64,000 bases of DNA. Origin: Marsupella aquatica. Taxonomy: Eukaryota; Plantae; Marchantiophyta. The notes below the pieces were generated by a model. It was not told where the DNA came from. It saw nothing but the letters and a program-made list of their open reading frames with translations, and searched no databases. The translations under genes were made by a program, and so were the position numbers. The stretch covers positions 14,709,680 through 14,773,679 of the forward strand of contig OZ316894.1 in the NCBI GenBank assembly GCA_973895155.1, written 5' to 3'. Positions 37,901-51,813 of this stretch are shown piece by piece; the stretch's first letter is position 1, and every line of letters starts with the position of its first letter.

Positions 37901-39970
37901 GGGAATGGCTGGTGATGCCATTTGGACTGAAGAATGCACCCGTCTTCTTTCAACGGGTGATGGATCAAGTACTAGAAGGTGCTGATTTCCTAAAATGCTA
38001 CATTGATGATGTGTTAGTTCATAGCAAGGGTTTTGAGCAACACTTATTACATCTTGAAGAGTTGTTCAGGAGGCTGAGAAATGTTAATATGAAGATCCAT
38101 CCCAAGAAGTGTGAGTTTGCTGTTACCTCAGTGGTTTACCTTGGGCATCGAATCATTCCAAATGGCACTATGGCTCATTGGGCTAAAGTGGTCTCTATTC
38201 TTGAGATGCCCAAGCCTACTAATACTCACACTTTGCAAAGCTTCATTGGTCTATGTAATTACTACAGAATTTACATCTAGGACTTTAGCATCATTGCTCA
38301 CACTTCTTGGGATGGATCTTCATATTAACATTTCCTTTGATCATTTCAACAGATTTTTCAGATGCACAGCAAGATTTTGATCATGCTAGTCCTAGCTCTA
38401 CACTTGGGGCCTCTGCCTATCTTGCCTTGCTTTGTTGCAGTGTTGTTGACCAACCAATTGTGGACATCTGGGAAGATTTGGACACTCTGAATTTCTTGCA
38501 GCACAGGCAGTACCCACCAGGCATGACAACTACTCAAAGGGATTGGATACAACAACGGTCTAAGCGTTACATGTGGAAGGGAGATCACCTAGTCCGCTGT
38601 TTGCCACAAGGGGAGAGAGTGGTTCCACCAATTGCTGATAGGGCTGGCTTGGTCAGAAAAGTACATTCTGAACTTGGGCATTTTGGAATCAAGCGTACTT
38701 ATAGTTTGATGGCTCCTCACTACCATTGGAAGGGGATGCATGCTCAGATTTGGGATATCATAGCTAGGTGTGAACAGTGTGACAGAGTAAGAACCTCATT
38801 CTCCTCTCGACAGCCTATACTTCATCCACTCCCTATTCAGGGGTTGTTTTACCGCTGGTCTTGTGATTTAGCTGGAGAATTACCTTTGACATCCAGGGGT
38901 AACCACTATATAATGATCATGATTTAGCACTTTTCTAAGTGGATTGAATTGGTTGCCTTGCCTGATAAGAGTTCACATAGCACTAGCCAAGCTTTTCTCC
39001 AGCAAGTGCTTAGCAGGTTTGGGGCTTGTGCAGAGTGCCTCACTGACCAGGGCTCTGAATTCAGAGGAGAATTTCAGGACCTACTTGACCATGCACTCAT
39101 TGATCATCGTAGAACTTCAAGGGATCATCCTCAAGCGGATGGTCTAGCTGAGCAGATGGTACAGACCTGCAAACGAGGATTGCGGAAAATATGCCTCACC
39201 AAGAACAAGAAAGATTGGGACTTGGCACTGCCTTACATTGCCATGGGTACCGCATGTCCAACCATGCCTCCTTGTCCAACTTCTCTCCTTATTTTCTACT
39301 TTTTGGTTGGCATCCAGTTCCTCCATCTTCGATTGCTTCTCAAATGCTTCAGGTGGTGGACTTGGACTCAACGGAAACCTGGTCTACTATCATATCAGAG
39401 AGGGCTGCCTTGTTCCGTAGAGTCATGCCTATGGCTATGGACAACCTAGCCATTGCCCAACATCGTGATACACTCAGATATGAGCACACACGGGGAGGGA
39501 GCTTCAGGCCCAAGGTGAGGCAGTTTGATGTGGGTGATTTTGTTTACCTTCAGCGCCAGCCTAGTGACACATTGGATACCTCAACCAGTTGCATTATTCT
39601 CAGGGTTAAGTGCATCTATCCTTCAGGTGTGTTGGAGTTACAGGGAGCAGATGGTCGTACCCTCAAAGATCATGCTAAGAATTGTGCCCCTTGTCATTTG
39701 CCTAACTTGGACCCTACCATTGTGACTTCTACTTGGATTCCTCCGGTGGATTATCCCTGTAAGGTGTGTCACGGGATTGATGATTAGGATTGATGATGCT
39801 GACCAGATGTTGTTGTGTGACCATTGCAACGGTGGTTACCATCTCTTTTGTTTGCAACCTGAGCTTCCACAAGTTCCGGAAGGGCTATGGTTTTGTCCTT
39901 CTTGTTCTCCTTCACCAAGCTCATCCTCAGCCCATTGACCATTTCCATGCTCAGGTCTGGGGGGGATACA
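34938..39970 (+). mobile_element. Gypsy-type retrotransposon with C-terminal PHD finger; RT N-terminus and RNase H deleted; LTRs not identified
   Basis: gag with CNYCGNPDHKANEC knuckle; DTGAQPVILG protease; MPFGLKNAP/YIDD; GHFG..CEQC, TDQGSEF, PQADGLAE integrase; PHD 39758-39905; PPT-like G run ~39959. Confidence 0.85.
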
Positions 39971-40499
39971 GGGGTTCACTTTCATGCCCCAACATTTCTT
40001 CATCTTGGTGTTAATGGACAACCATGTATCATCTTTCTGGTTTTCTATTTTGTTGGGTTACTTGGATGCATATGATACATGTCTCGATATCTTATGCTAC
40101 CGACTCTGTATGTCACGACAGGAATGACTTGTGTGCCAAAACGTCTTTAGGGATTGAGGCCATGGGGTTTGGGGTTTATGAATCTGGATTGCGGTGGCGT
40201 AGTCATGGGGATTGTGGCGTGTTAAACAAAGTTACAAGGAGCACTAGCAAGGACTTAGCCTGCAAGGACATGCGTGGAGCTGAACGGGATGGCTGAATTC
40301 GCTTTTGGAGACTGATAAAGGCTGTGTGGGCGGGATATGTGAGCAGGTTTGTTGGCGGCATGGGATTCTTGCTCGCTCTGACTACCAACGGATCAACGAC
40401 GGGGATGAAAAGCTGACCAATACTTGCACTACAAGAGACACAAGGCTTCACGAACTTCTGCCTGCTTAAAGCCAGGCACTGATTCTAAAAGCATTAAAT

Positions 40500-43400
40500 A
40501 AGGGGAAGATCTCTAACTCAACGATAGGTATTGACAGTGTTAACAACGGAATGCAAACGGAAGAGAGACGAGCATAGATTAGCAATCTTGCAAATTTTGA
40601 TCACACTCAAAATTTTGAAAAAGAAGACTGTCCATTCAATACAATCATGGACCATTACGGCCCTCAAACTGGCACTTCACCCTTGGGAAACAACGGCGGA
40701 AGAGGGTATGCTCACAACGAGAACAGACAGGAGCATGGGAATGGGAAGGAACTGCAAGGCGGAAGATGGGGCTCACAATGATACTCAAACGGAAGGGGGC
40801 GAGGACGCAATGGAATGGCATATACTTACCGCCAACAGCATACAGCCCAAGATGCTCGAACATCAGGATGGACGGAGCCGCAAGCACCATATGATATCAC
40901 CAATAGAGTGAGGACTGACACCCAAGGACAAAAACTGGTATCATTTCAGCTTGCCCAAGAGCAGTGGGAAGCAGAAAGGAACCCTCACAAGCAGAATGGC
41001 AAATTTCAACAAAATGCAGCGCGACGACCACACTTTGGGGATGAACAATTTGGGTTTGGGCCCCATAATAACCAAGATCTACGGAGCAATCGACAGTACA
41101 AAGGGCAGAGCAGCAATGACGATTCCACAAATCCTAGAGGGTCAAACAGAGACAAGGTGTCGTCGTGATGGATAATAGAGGAAGGGAAGTGAAGGCCCTA
41201 TTTTTGAGTTGGAGATACTTGGTGAAGGGATTCAGTTTGGGTGTGAATTTTGTTGTTGTGGAAAAAGTTCAATAAGACAGAATAGGAATTAAAAAGAGAG
41301 AAGTGAAGCTTAGACTTAAGAATTTGAGGCTTTTATTGTGGAAGAGACACGTGGCGGGCTGGGAAGATTCAAATTTCATAAGGACATTGTGCTCGTTGCA
41401 GTTGAGGTGGAGGTTAGAATGAAGTTCGCAAGGCGAAGACAACGGGAAGTCGGGCGCGCAAGGGAGTTGGACATGAATTGATGAGAGTGGCAGTGAATGT
41501 TGGTGGTGGCAAGGATGAGTTTTAAGGAATTCTCGAGTGAAGGCTGACGGACACGGTAGTTTTGGAAGATTTTGGAGAGAGAATGGCAAGGGATGCGTGC
41601 TGCCAAACGTTGAAGCTGTTGGGAGGTTTTCGGGTGAACAAGGTGAAGCTAGCGTGATGCTGTGAAATGAGAAGAAGATAGAGGTGCTGGGATTCCGTGG
41701 TTGTTTTTGAAGAAAATTTTTGGAGAACATGTCAGCATAAAAAAAAAACTCCAGGGAGAGGTCGCACGTTAATAGATGAAAGAAGGAGTAACAGCCGATT
41801 GTGAGCAATTGGTTGTTGGTTGCTGTAGTCTCGTCTTTGGATGAACAGGGCGAAGCAGCTTCAGGTGACATGGAAGGGAGAGGTGATTCACAGGTGGAGA
41901 TCAGAAAGTGAAGGAATGAAGTAGAGAAATGGGAGCTTTCAATGGGAATTTGAGTGGAGAAGAAATGAAACGGCCGACGGTGGACATGAGTATGAGTGTT
42001 TGTTGAGCTTTTGGAACGTAGAGAAAAGGGAGAGGGGAGTTCGCGAGGAGTAGACAACAGAGAGTGGGGTGCTATGATGTTGGTGGTGAATGGGTGATAT
42101 TCAGCGGAGAATGATGGTTGCTGCAGAGATGAGTTTTTTTTGGAAATTCAAGTGAAGGTTGAGGCGTGATGGAGGTTCAGAAGGGAGAAGCTAAGATTCA
42201 GGTGAAGGCGGAGATGCGTGAGAAATTCTGAAGAAGTAGGAGCGGAAGTGACAGAATGGGAAGAGAGGGACTGTTGGTAATGAATTTTGTGGTGCTGCGG
42301 AGGTGCTCGGCTGCTGAGGAAAGTTAAGCTTGGAAGAGAGGTAACTCAAGAAACGACGTTGTTAATGAGATTTTGGATTCTCGGTCGAAGCAAGGTGAAG
42401 CAGATGAGATACTGAGATCAAGAAAAGAATTTGGGAGACATCGTAGTTGATCTAGTGATAAAAAGGAGCTTGACTGCAAGAGGCTGTGGTAATAAGAATT
42501 CCAGAGAAGCCAGGCTAAGTGACATTTGAATTGGAAAAGCAAAGCGGGAAAAACGAATTGGAAACCAAACAGAAGATAAAGGAGATTGAATTGAAAACCG
42601 GAAAGAAACGACAAGTGACCGAGTGGATAGTTGAAACAAGAGACAGGAGCAAACGAAAAGCAATGAAAGCTGTACGATGAAATGCTTAGAAAAGATTTCA
42701 TAACAACATTTTGTTCCGAGAAGAAAGAAGTGAAAAATGGAGCCAGGAGATCTTCCATGAGATTAACCAAGAAGTTTCAACTGGAAGTGTGGGTTACTGA
42801 TGTTGTGGAATTTTAAAGAGGATTTTAAGTTAATTGAGTTGCATTCATTTAGTGAGTGGAATCCGGTGATAGAAACCATTTTTAAATTAGGGACAATCTG
42901 CTGCCATGGGGTATGAGGATAGCGGCCGTAAGTTCTTTTTGCTATGGGACTGGAAACTTGAGGAGAGAAGGAAGAAGAGCCAAGAAGAAAAGTGTAAGAG
43001 GAGCGACGACGTGAAGGAAGCTCGGCGGAGACTAAAATTGTGTCCAACATGTTTGGGGGAAACCATCGATGAGCTTGAGGCTGAGACCTGACCTGATGAT
43101 TGAGCTGAGTTTAGTGGAGAGACCTGAGTTAGGAGATGAGTCACCAAAAAAACACTTTGTAAACCCGAACCAAACTTCATATTTTGAAAATGATTGAAAT
43201 AAAAAGATGAGTTTGGATTATTTTATGTGATCAAAATGATGAAATGCTCTTGTGGTAAAAGTGTTTAATTGTTATGGAAATGTGAGTGATGCATCGAATT
43301 TAGATGAAAGTAGAAACTTAGTGTTTTAAGTTAAAATAGCTTAGTGTAATTTCGTATTTAAAATGGAAACTGATTAGGATTAAGAAAGATTAAACTAACT

Positions 43401-44320
43401 TAAGAAAATACTATGATAAATCCAAGTCCCTAAAAGTATTTAAAAGTCTACTTTTATACCGCTTTAAAATGGTCCCCGGACAACGGAAATGCATGCAACA
43501 GAGGAGCCGGAAGAAACCTCGGAGGAATGCATTACAATCCTTAAGGGAGTGGCTTTAAAGTCTAATGGGGATTGGCATGAAAAGTTGTACACCACAATCG
43601 ATTGGAACATTGAAGACGCAGCTACTACAGTCAGGCAATTATACAATTGTGCCATCATTTGCTACTTCACGGATTGAACACCGCTACTAGCAGCATTCAG
43701 AGAGTGGGTCGAGGAAACAATGGTTAAGGAGATGAATTGGCCGGTCCTACAAATTAAATTTGTTGGGAAAAACTTCTACCTCGTAGTGTTTGAAAACCCG
43801 GATCATAGAGATGCCGCACTGGAAGTTGCACCCTGGTTTATGGAGCAGAGGTTTGTGTATACCTTTGCTTGGGAACCGTCTTTTGATGTACAGAATGACC
43901 GGTTCACTAAGCTCCCAGTATGGATTGAGATCCCCTACAGAGCATTGGTGCTGTCCGAAGGTTGCAGACGGAAAATTGCCAAATCGTTTGGGAAGCTACT
44001 CTACTACATACAGGGTGATGAATTCAGCTCTTATCCTCATGATTGGGCTTGTATTCTCTGGGACACCGAAAGGGAGATTCCTGCGTGAGGACATCATCAT
44101 TTGGCAGCGTGATTTCCAGGACTGTCATGCACTGGGGATCATCATTTTGATGGGTCCTCATGATCGGGCATTTGATGCCATCCTATACGTTGGGGGTGAT
44201 AAGTATTTACGCTCCTAACTCTCCAAGATTGAGAGCTCTACTATGGCATGATTTAAAACTGGAGCTGCCACAAGCCAACTGGATTCTCTGTGGTGATTTC
44301 AATATGACAGAATCCCGGAT
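40500..44320 (+). mobile_element. Degenerate L1-clade LINE (DUF4283-type ORF1, APE fragment) split by a solo LTR; 5' boundary approximate
   Basis: GKNFYLVVF..APWFM..WEPSF..LPVWIEIP; SIYAPN..WILCGDFN. Confidence 0.75.
41158..43482 (+). repeat. Solo LTR related to the 8601 family, 4-bp TSD AAGG/ACGG
   Basis: TGTCGTCG...GGTCCCCGGACA; 3' ~750 bp clearly homologous, 5' part divergent; no PBS follows. Confidence 0.85.
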
Positions 44321-44849
44321 GAGCAAATATTACAAATACTGGAATCACCACACTCAACACAAACCCATTGGGCTTCACTATTGTCCTTCTTGAAATTAGA
44401 ACCCCCCAATCCACTGGTGTGATGACATGTGGTCCAATGAACAAGTGACGCATGTCATTAGGTATTACCATGGCCCTTCAGTTCATTAACTTTGGGACAC
44501 ATTTTAAAAAACCCTTCACCTCTTCTAATCGGTTGCAAATATAAACAAGGACCTTGTTGCTTAGAATGGTGTTATAATATTATTTGCGGATTTGATATTT
44601 AATACCCATCGGACGTTTGCACGTGTGTTTTGTTATTTTGTAAGCTGAGGGCCCATGGGTTTTTAGTGCACCAGCAAGGCTGAGATCAATTAGTAAGAGA
44701 AACTCTTAGTTAGTTATGCAGTGACTCTTGTGTATATTCATGTTTCCTCATGCCTAAGAGCTTAATAGAGTTGGCCTTCCAACTTAGTTTGCATATTTTG
44801 TGTATGTACCTCCCAAATTCAAGCAGAAGGCCTCGGTTTTCTTCTCATT

Positions 44850-45290
44850 TAACTATAACTCCCTATACGTAAGGTTCCTCTCTGGATCCCACCTCCCTAC
44901 AAACTCCATCATCTCCTATTTGGGGATATCTTCACTCAACCAAGGTAGTTTGATGAAATTGACCAAACCAGAATCCTTCATCAACCTTGCATACTTGTGA
45001 GATTGTAATGTTGCGATGGCCTTGATGTTCTCCGTGGATCTTACCAATTTTAATCAAACTTTTGTAGGCAAAATATGCATCCACCCCTTTGAGTTCCAAT
45101 GTCTTGGTGGCAAAGTCAGTGGTTGGGCTTCATACTCAGAGTCATCGTCCACGGTCTCTTGATTAGATACCCGACCCTGACCAACTTGAGTTGCGGATAT
45201 GGCCCTGCCTTGTCCCCAACCTTGTCCCAAATTGCCCTGATTGGAGCCTCAACCTTTCTTTGATGGTGGTTCCACTCTAACAGATCCATC
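44850..45290 (-). pseudogene. Fragment resembling a retrotransposon accessory (plant mobile domain-like) ORF
   Basis: LMKDSGLVNFIKLPW...MMEFVGRWD. Confidence 0.3.
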
Positions 45291-45291
45291 T

Positions 45292-45559
45292 GAGGGTTTA
45301 CACCGTGACAAGAAACAACAAAAAAATTCCTGTTACAAGCAAAAACCAAAATCCAAAAATATGTTATTAAAAGTGATATTTTCTAAAATATATTAAAATA
45401 TGACTTTTTTTGCTAGCGCCAGGCGCTACTATTACTAGCTCCGGGCGCTACCCAAAAATTATCGAAAAATTTAAAAATTTAAAAAATCCACCATTTCCTG
45501 TTACTAGTAACTTTTACTGTTTTGTTGTTTGTTGTTTGTTGTCACGGTGTTTATACCTG
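45292..45559. mobile_element. MITE of the GGG/CCTC family
   Basis: TIR ACACCGTGACAA/TTGTCACGGTGT; flanking direct repeat (G)ATCCATCT(G); palindrome core. Confidence 0.85.
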
Positions 45560-48500
45560 ATCCATCTGCTGCCCCTGGGATCCTTACTTCTTTCTTCCGA
45601 CCCATCACATGCAAATAAGTATAGGTTTTTTATTAGGTTTAGTAAAAGACTTTAAAAAAATTTTGGGGAAGAAAATTAGGGTGGTAATTCAATTTTGAGA
45701 TATATAATATTCATAGGGTTTTTTTACCAAAATATTAGAATATTCCAAACATTCCAAAAAGTTAAAGGTAAGAAATCCATTTCAGAAACTTTATTTACTT
45801 AAGTCTTAGGTGTTTATTCCCCCCAAACTTTGCCCGTGATATGAGACCCCCCTTGGAGTGAGGCCCCCAAGGTGCTGCCCGATTCTTGCTCTTAGCTTCT
45901 TTTGCAGCCACCTTCTTTGCCATCTCTTCCTCGTCTGCAAGTTGCTTCAAAGGTCACCAAGAATCCTCTCCCCCAAGACTTTTTCCAGTTCCCACTCATG
46001 AGTAGTTCCTGGCAGCTTCCAATGCTTGATTGAACAGCAATGAATGACCTGGTAAATTGGTTGTAGAACTCCATCCTCAAACAACAACAGATTCAATTCA
46101 TCAATGTTTGGCTCCCACTTGAATGCATTGTCAATACTGTATTAATTGTTTATGAATGTTGGCTGCATTACCGCCCACAACCAATCGATGTCAGCTTGCT
46201 CTCTTGCTGATTTCGCTATATCCGTCTCTTTGTAGGTATAGTAGCAACAATGTGTTGCGTGTAATTGAGAAGAGTTCGCCAAAAGAATCAAGCCTGGTTG
46301 ATCTTTGCCATCTTTGGTTGGTATCTATTCAAAGAGATTAACTTCCCTAAACCCTAAACCCAGCTGCCAACAGTCCTGAGAGTTCCCCTCTAAGTAATAT
46401 TCTAGGGTGCAAATAGTAGAATGAATACTGGATCTCTGATCTTTACTTTCTTACCCCCCATCATAGACCCTGAGGCAGCGTTTATACAGTTGTTGAAATA
46501 CTCCCAATTTACTGTATTGTTACCCAGCTACTAGCCATTATTACTTGGGCTTGTATTTTGCTTAACATAAGCTGAAGTCCTAATTGTGTTGTTTATTTTA
46601 AAACTTGTTAAAACTAAGCTAATATGCATGCACAAAAGGGTATTTATCCATGTTACTTACACAATGATCCTGGACAGGGCATCACACCAACACCTTAGGT
46701 TCTTGGTTCTCTGGTCAACATGAGTGAATCAACAGTTCCCAATTTATGAGCTCCTATTGGGTCCCACTTCTCAGAAATAGCACATTGCCCATTTTCATTG
46801 AGGCCCTGCTAATAACAAATAGAAAGGACTCGACAACATTTGAAACTTCTCTTGTGTAAAGGGGCTTTGGTCAAACCCACTTTGGGAGGATGTTTGTGCA
46901 AAACAAGGAGCGCAATTCTTAGCATGAACTTAGTGATTTAGTCGAGAGGTATAATCCCAATACTAGAAAAGACCCACTGCAAATTGTTAGCTTGGATCAC
47001 AAAAACCGTGCATGATTCATTATCCATATCTTAGCAGTAAACACAAACACCTGATGTCTTAAGGGGGGCTTTACAAGAATGAGGATGGACCACTTTTCCT
47101 TCCTAGGCTGAGATGTCATCCCAACCAGTAATTTAAGATAAATGGTCGTTATGTGCTGGTATGCCTGAACCTAACTGGCAGTTGGTGGGTCCAGATGAAT
47201 AATGGCAAAATGGTGAATTGTAGACTGTTAACCCCACAAAACAGTCTACAAGTCACCATTGATTGAAGAAATTGTGTAATGCAAGCAAACAGGAACTTTT
47301 ACTAGCAAGAAGAGTATTGCTAGTGAGTCAAGGGAGTGCTTCCTATCGCCTTTTAATTATGGCTGACTTTTGAGTTTCTAAGACTTTTGAATATAGCCAA
47401 AAGAGGAATCCCCAAATTGGGTTTACTAAAAAAACAACACAAACCAACTTTTGGCTAGCTAAGGACTAAGTTAGCTAGCAAAGTGGCATATATTTAGGGT
47501 TTTTTCTTTTTATGAGGAAAAAGTACGGCAATGTGAGGAATGTTTTTCATTGAAGTGGTTTAATGAGTATGGCAATGTGAGGAATCCTTATGATTCTATG
47601 CGCCTATGCTGTGATTTGCCCTAAACCCTAGTCCTCTAAGTATGTGTATATAGATTGTTGTCAATGTATACAAGTTCTAACTGTGACGCTATGTATTGTG
47701 CTGTGGCCGCACAATGGACAGTTCACTTGACATTGCAATTGTAGTTGAATGCATTAGATGACGCAATAGGACACTCAACAAAGGTAGAATATATAGGACA
47801 CTCAACAATGGTAGAATATTCTACATTTTATAATGACTTTCTTGCATTGTAAGGACCAAAAGTAGTGCTATAAGAACTTCTGACATGAAATGTACCTTTG
47901 GTGGCCCAGAGGTCCCCTGGGGACAGAGTTTTTCAGTGCACTGGGACTGGATTTTTCTTTGGAGGTTTCTCTAAATTTTAATCTATTTGTTTGCACTCTA
48001 GAAGTATCCCATTGATCTCTTCCCCACACAAGACCTTCCATTCATACACAGGCCTGGAAGCTCATATATGAAATTGTACATTTGTGTTGGTCCTGGAAAT
48101 GTCACACTTTCTGTTTTTAAAGCCTCATTTATATACCAGGATGAACAAAGGCATCAAACTGGGAGACATGGTCCCAAATGCTCTATTAGGGCATCTCAAA
48201 CCTTGAAGTTCACTGTAAAACTTGGGCTAAAACTACCACTTTTGGTCGCCAGGCAGAAGTTTGCAGGTTATTTTGTGTCCATTGTTTTTTTTGGGGTGGA
48301 GGGAGTTTGTTTGTGACCGCAAACGGAAGGCACAAAGGATAGATTTGGGTGGGTGGTGTGAAGCATTGGGTGGTGCGACCATTTTTCTATATCATTCTTG
48401 GATTTCCAGGAACATGTGAAGGAAATAATTATTACAGTACAGGCCACGCTCACCTCTCTTCCCACCCCCCAAATGTAGGGCGATGATGATCGTGAAGGTA

Positions 48501-49737
48501 GGCCGTCAGCAAAAAGACAGTATTTTTTAGGACTATGCTGACGCAAAAGGTTTGCACGATAATCTCTCAAGTCTCAAAGTAACAAAGACACGTCTCGCGT
48601 CCGGCCTAGCACCTAGGTAGCCTCCTCCGCCTTGTCATTATCTTCCCCTCGCGTCATGTCAGGAGATTCTATGTCTACCCGGCATCAGGTTTACCACATT
48701 GCTTGCTACCACAGTCCATTGCCTAGGGATCTACCAGTCGAGACCGGCATCGTCTCGATACGATACACAGTACAGTACAATAATCAATTCGTCACGGACG
48801 AGTGGTATTCCATGTTCTCACTTCGTTGATGGAAGATGCGTACAGAGTACTGTAATCAGTCCGTGTAAAGCACCAAGGTTGTCGTGTTCTGTCTCGGGAG
48901 CTGAATCTGATGACGACAGAATCAGGCCAGGCACGGACTGCCCTCGTTGCGACAAGCGAGGGTGACGCGATAACCTTATCACCGGCCTCGGGTACACCTC
49001 CCTCAGGGTACTAACTTATCCTTTATTTGGAACAGCTAGGCTCCACTCCCATGGCCGTTTGTCTTACCTTTTGGGCTGCCAGTCCTGCCAGTGCTGACGT
49101 CGAGAAGATTCCGCCTGCCAAATTTATGCATTTACCGGTATCTATCTGCTCTCGACAGTATTTTAGGCCAAACGATCATGAAAATGGACGCTATCCTGTA
49201 TTCCTGTACGCATTATGCATCCTTCATTTGGTCAGTCCAACACAGTTTTGTCGGACATACGACAGGCTTGCACAGCAATTCGATGGACGGGAAACGTACA
49301 AGGAAGATAAAAAGGCGGCGACGGCAGAGAAGGCGCAAGAGGCGGAGAGCCACTTGCTTTGACTTTGTTGATGCGCCAATTCCGCGGAAGGGCACTGTTG
49401 TATTTAGTGGTATATATTTTGTCTTCTCGGTTACTTGCCGTTAGTCTCAGTAATTGTAAATCAAAATATAATATATATATTGTATAGAACATATATACCA
49501 TGGTAAATATTGTTATTTTCTTTAAATTTAAATTAATGAGTCCATACTTTATGAATTTAGTAATTATAAAACGGGGCTTATTATTTTAATATACTTTTTA
49601 CATCCCATATAAGGTAATGAGTGCATATGTCCAATAGATATAGTTCAAGGGTTTCTCTCCTGCCCACTTTAAATCATAACACTTAGCCAAAGCCATACAA
49701 ACCTTAGCTACACTGTCCACCTTAAATAGTAGATAGT

Positions 49738-51813
49738 GTGATTATATCCATCAAACATCCAAAACGTTTTTGGGAGAGAATGCAATCAGGCAAGACTACT
49801 CCCCCCTTGGATCACCAGGACCTGGTAACCTATGTCACATCCTTGTATTTCTTTCCAGATGCTAGTGGCATGCCTTTGCCCCTTGGGGACACCATTCAGT
49901 TTACAGAGAGGGAGGTGAAGGTGCATCTTTCCCACATGCAACATGGGAAAGCTAAAGATCTGTTGGGCCTGAACTTGGAGCTTCTTTTGTGGGGAGGACC
50001 CTCTTTACTAACAAACTTGGTGCATGAGCTGAATCAAGCAATGGCTTTAGGTTTACCTAAAGCTTGGATGACCAGAAGAGTGGTGCCTATCTTCAAGGCA
50101 GGCAACAAGGACGATGTGCACAACTACAGAACCATCATGGTAGGCAATACTTTTGCTAAAGTTTTGGGAGGACTACTTGAAGCCAGATTAAGCTCTTGGT
50201 TGGAGAGTGAGATGAAAAGGGCACCTTCACAAGCAGGTTTTAGGAGAGAATTCAGCACTATGGATCACATTCTCTGCTTGAGGGTGTTGTGTGAAAAGGC
50301 CAAATCTCCACATAAACCATTATTTTGCTTGTTTGTGGACTTCTCCAAGGCCTTTGACAAAGTTTCCCGATCCAAGCTTTGGGATAGGATGGTGGAGTTG
50401 GAAGTGCCTGAAGAGCTCAGGTTGGCTGTTTCTAAATTGTACCAAGAAGTGCGCATCAAACTTTCAAAGGAAACCTCTGAAGAAATCTGGAGCACTCTTG
50501 GGGTGATCCAAGGTTGTCCTCTCTCACCAACTCTCTTTGGCATCTTCATTGATCAGCTACACAACATTTTGGAGGAGCATGGTGGAGTGGGCACTCAATT
50601 GGGTAGGTTTGTCCTCCAACTTCTTATATTTGCAGATGATGTGGTCCTACTTGCTCATGCTCAAGAAGCTTTGCAAAGACATCTCAATGCCTTGGAGGAG
50701 TTTTGTCAAGCAACAGGGATGGTAGTCAACCTCAAGAAGACCAAGTGTTTGGGCATTGGCACACGACAAAATCCAGAGCTCTACTTCCAAGGGAATCTGG
50801 TGGAATTTGTGAGGACCTACAAATACCTTGGGGTGGAGTTCTCTCAAAACTTGAGTTGGGCCTCATGTGTAAAATCTAGGGCTGCCAATGGGTACAGAGC
50901 TTTTTATGCATTCATGAACAAATGCAAAAGAGCTGGTCTACACACTTGGAGGTTAAGGAAACATCTCTTTGGAGCTTTGGTGAAACCAGTCATTCTTTAT
51001 GGAGCACCAATTTGGGGAGCAGGTGTGTCTAAATCTGGGTGGCAACAGATTGAGGGGCTGCAAAAGCTATTTCTTGAGATGGAGCTTGGGATCAAGTCAC
51101 AAACCCCATATGCACTTACACTTGCAGAGGCAGGCTTGTTTCCTTTGGAGGTGGAGGCACTCTTCCACACACTCAAATACATCATGCGTGTAAGAGAGTT
51201 GGAGGAAAACAGATTTCCTTTTCATGCCTTGCGCTCATCTTCAGCTAAAGGGTGGTATGCAGATGTGTGCAGGTGGGCCCATGCTTGGGATTTTCCTGAA
51301 CATGAATGGCCAACACACCCAACCAAGCTAAGAGCAAAACTTGAGCAAAAGGCTTTGCACAAACTTTGGCATGAACCTAGCCCACGGCAGCAATACTACA
51401 TGAGAGATGTGAACCCCATGAAGAAATATCGAGAACAAGAATACTTATCTAGCACTATCTCAGTACAACTTAGACAACTTATTGCTCAGTATAGACTAAG
51501 CTCACACCACCTTGAAGTAGAACAAGGGAGATGGAAGGATATTGACAGGAAAAAGAGGGTTTGTCAACTATGTGATAGCTCTAGTATAGAGAATGAATAT
51601 CATGTATTCATTGCTTGCAAGTTTTATGAGGGGGTTAGGATGGCATCTCAAATCTTGGTGAAAGATTTGTATGCATTGTTTGGTCTGCCCCCTCAACAAC
51701 TTGGAAGATATATCTTTGCGGTGGATAGGGAAAGGAGAATAGGTTTGGAAAATCTTTCAGGGCTCTCTAGGTCCATAGGGCTCTCTAGGTCCATAGTTTC
51801 TTTGAGGACATAG
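49738..51813 (+). CDS. RTEX-like ORF2: RT plus C-terminal zinc motif (APE missing)
   Basis: NYRTI, QAGFR, VDFSKAFD, QGCPLSP, FADD, YKYLG, CQLC..HVFIAC; 18-nt in-frame duplication (GLSRSI x2) at the end. Confidence 0.93.
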   Translation: MIISIKHPKRFWERMQSGKTTPPLDHQDLVTYVTSLYFFPDASGMPLPLGDTIQFTEREVKVHLSHMQHGKAKDLLGLNLELLLWGGPSLLTNLVHELNQAMALGLPKAWMTRRVVPIFKAGNKDDVHNYRTIMVGNTFAKVLGGLLEARLSSWLESEMKRAPSQAGFRREFSTMDHILCLRVLCEKAKSPHKPLFCLFVDFSKAFDKVSRSKLWDRMVELEVPEELRLAVSKLYQEVRIKLSKETSEEIWSTLGVIQGCPLSPTLFGIFIDQLHNILEEHGGVGTQLGRFVLQLLIFADDVVLLAHAQEALQRHLNALEEFCQATGMVVNLKKTKCLGIGTRQNPELYFQGNLVEFVRTYKYLGVEFSQNLSWASCVKSRAANGYRAFYAFMNKCKRAGLHTWRLRKHLFGALVKPVILYGAPIWGAGVSKSGWQQIEGLQKLFLEMELGIKSQTPYALTLAEAGLFPLEVEALFHTLKYIMRVRELEENRFPFHALRSSSAKGWYADVCRWAHAWDFPEHEWPTHPTKLRAKLEQKALHKLWHEPSPRQQYYMRDVNPMKKYREQEYLSSTISVQLRQLIAQYRLSSHHLEVEQGRWKDIDRKKRVCQLCDSSSIENEYHVFIACKFYEGVRMASQILVKDLYALFGLPPQQLGRYIFAVDRERRIGLENLSGLSRSIGLSRSIVSLRT

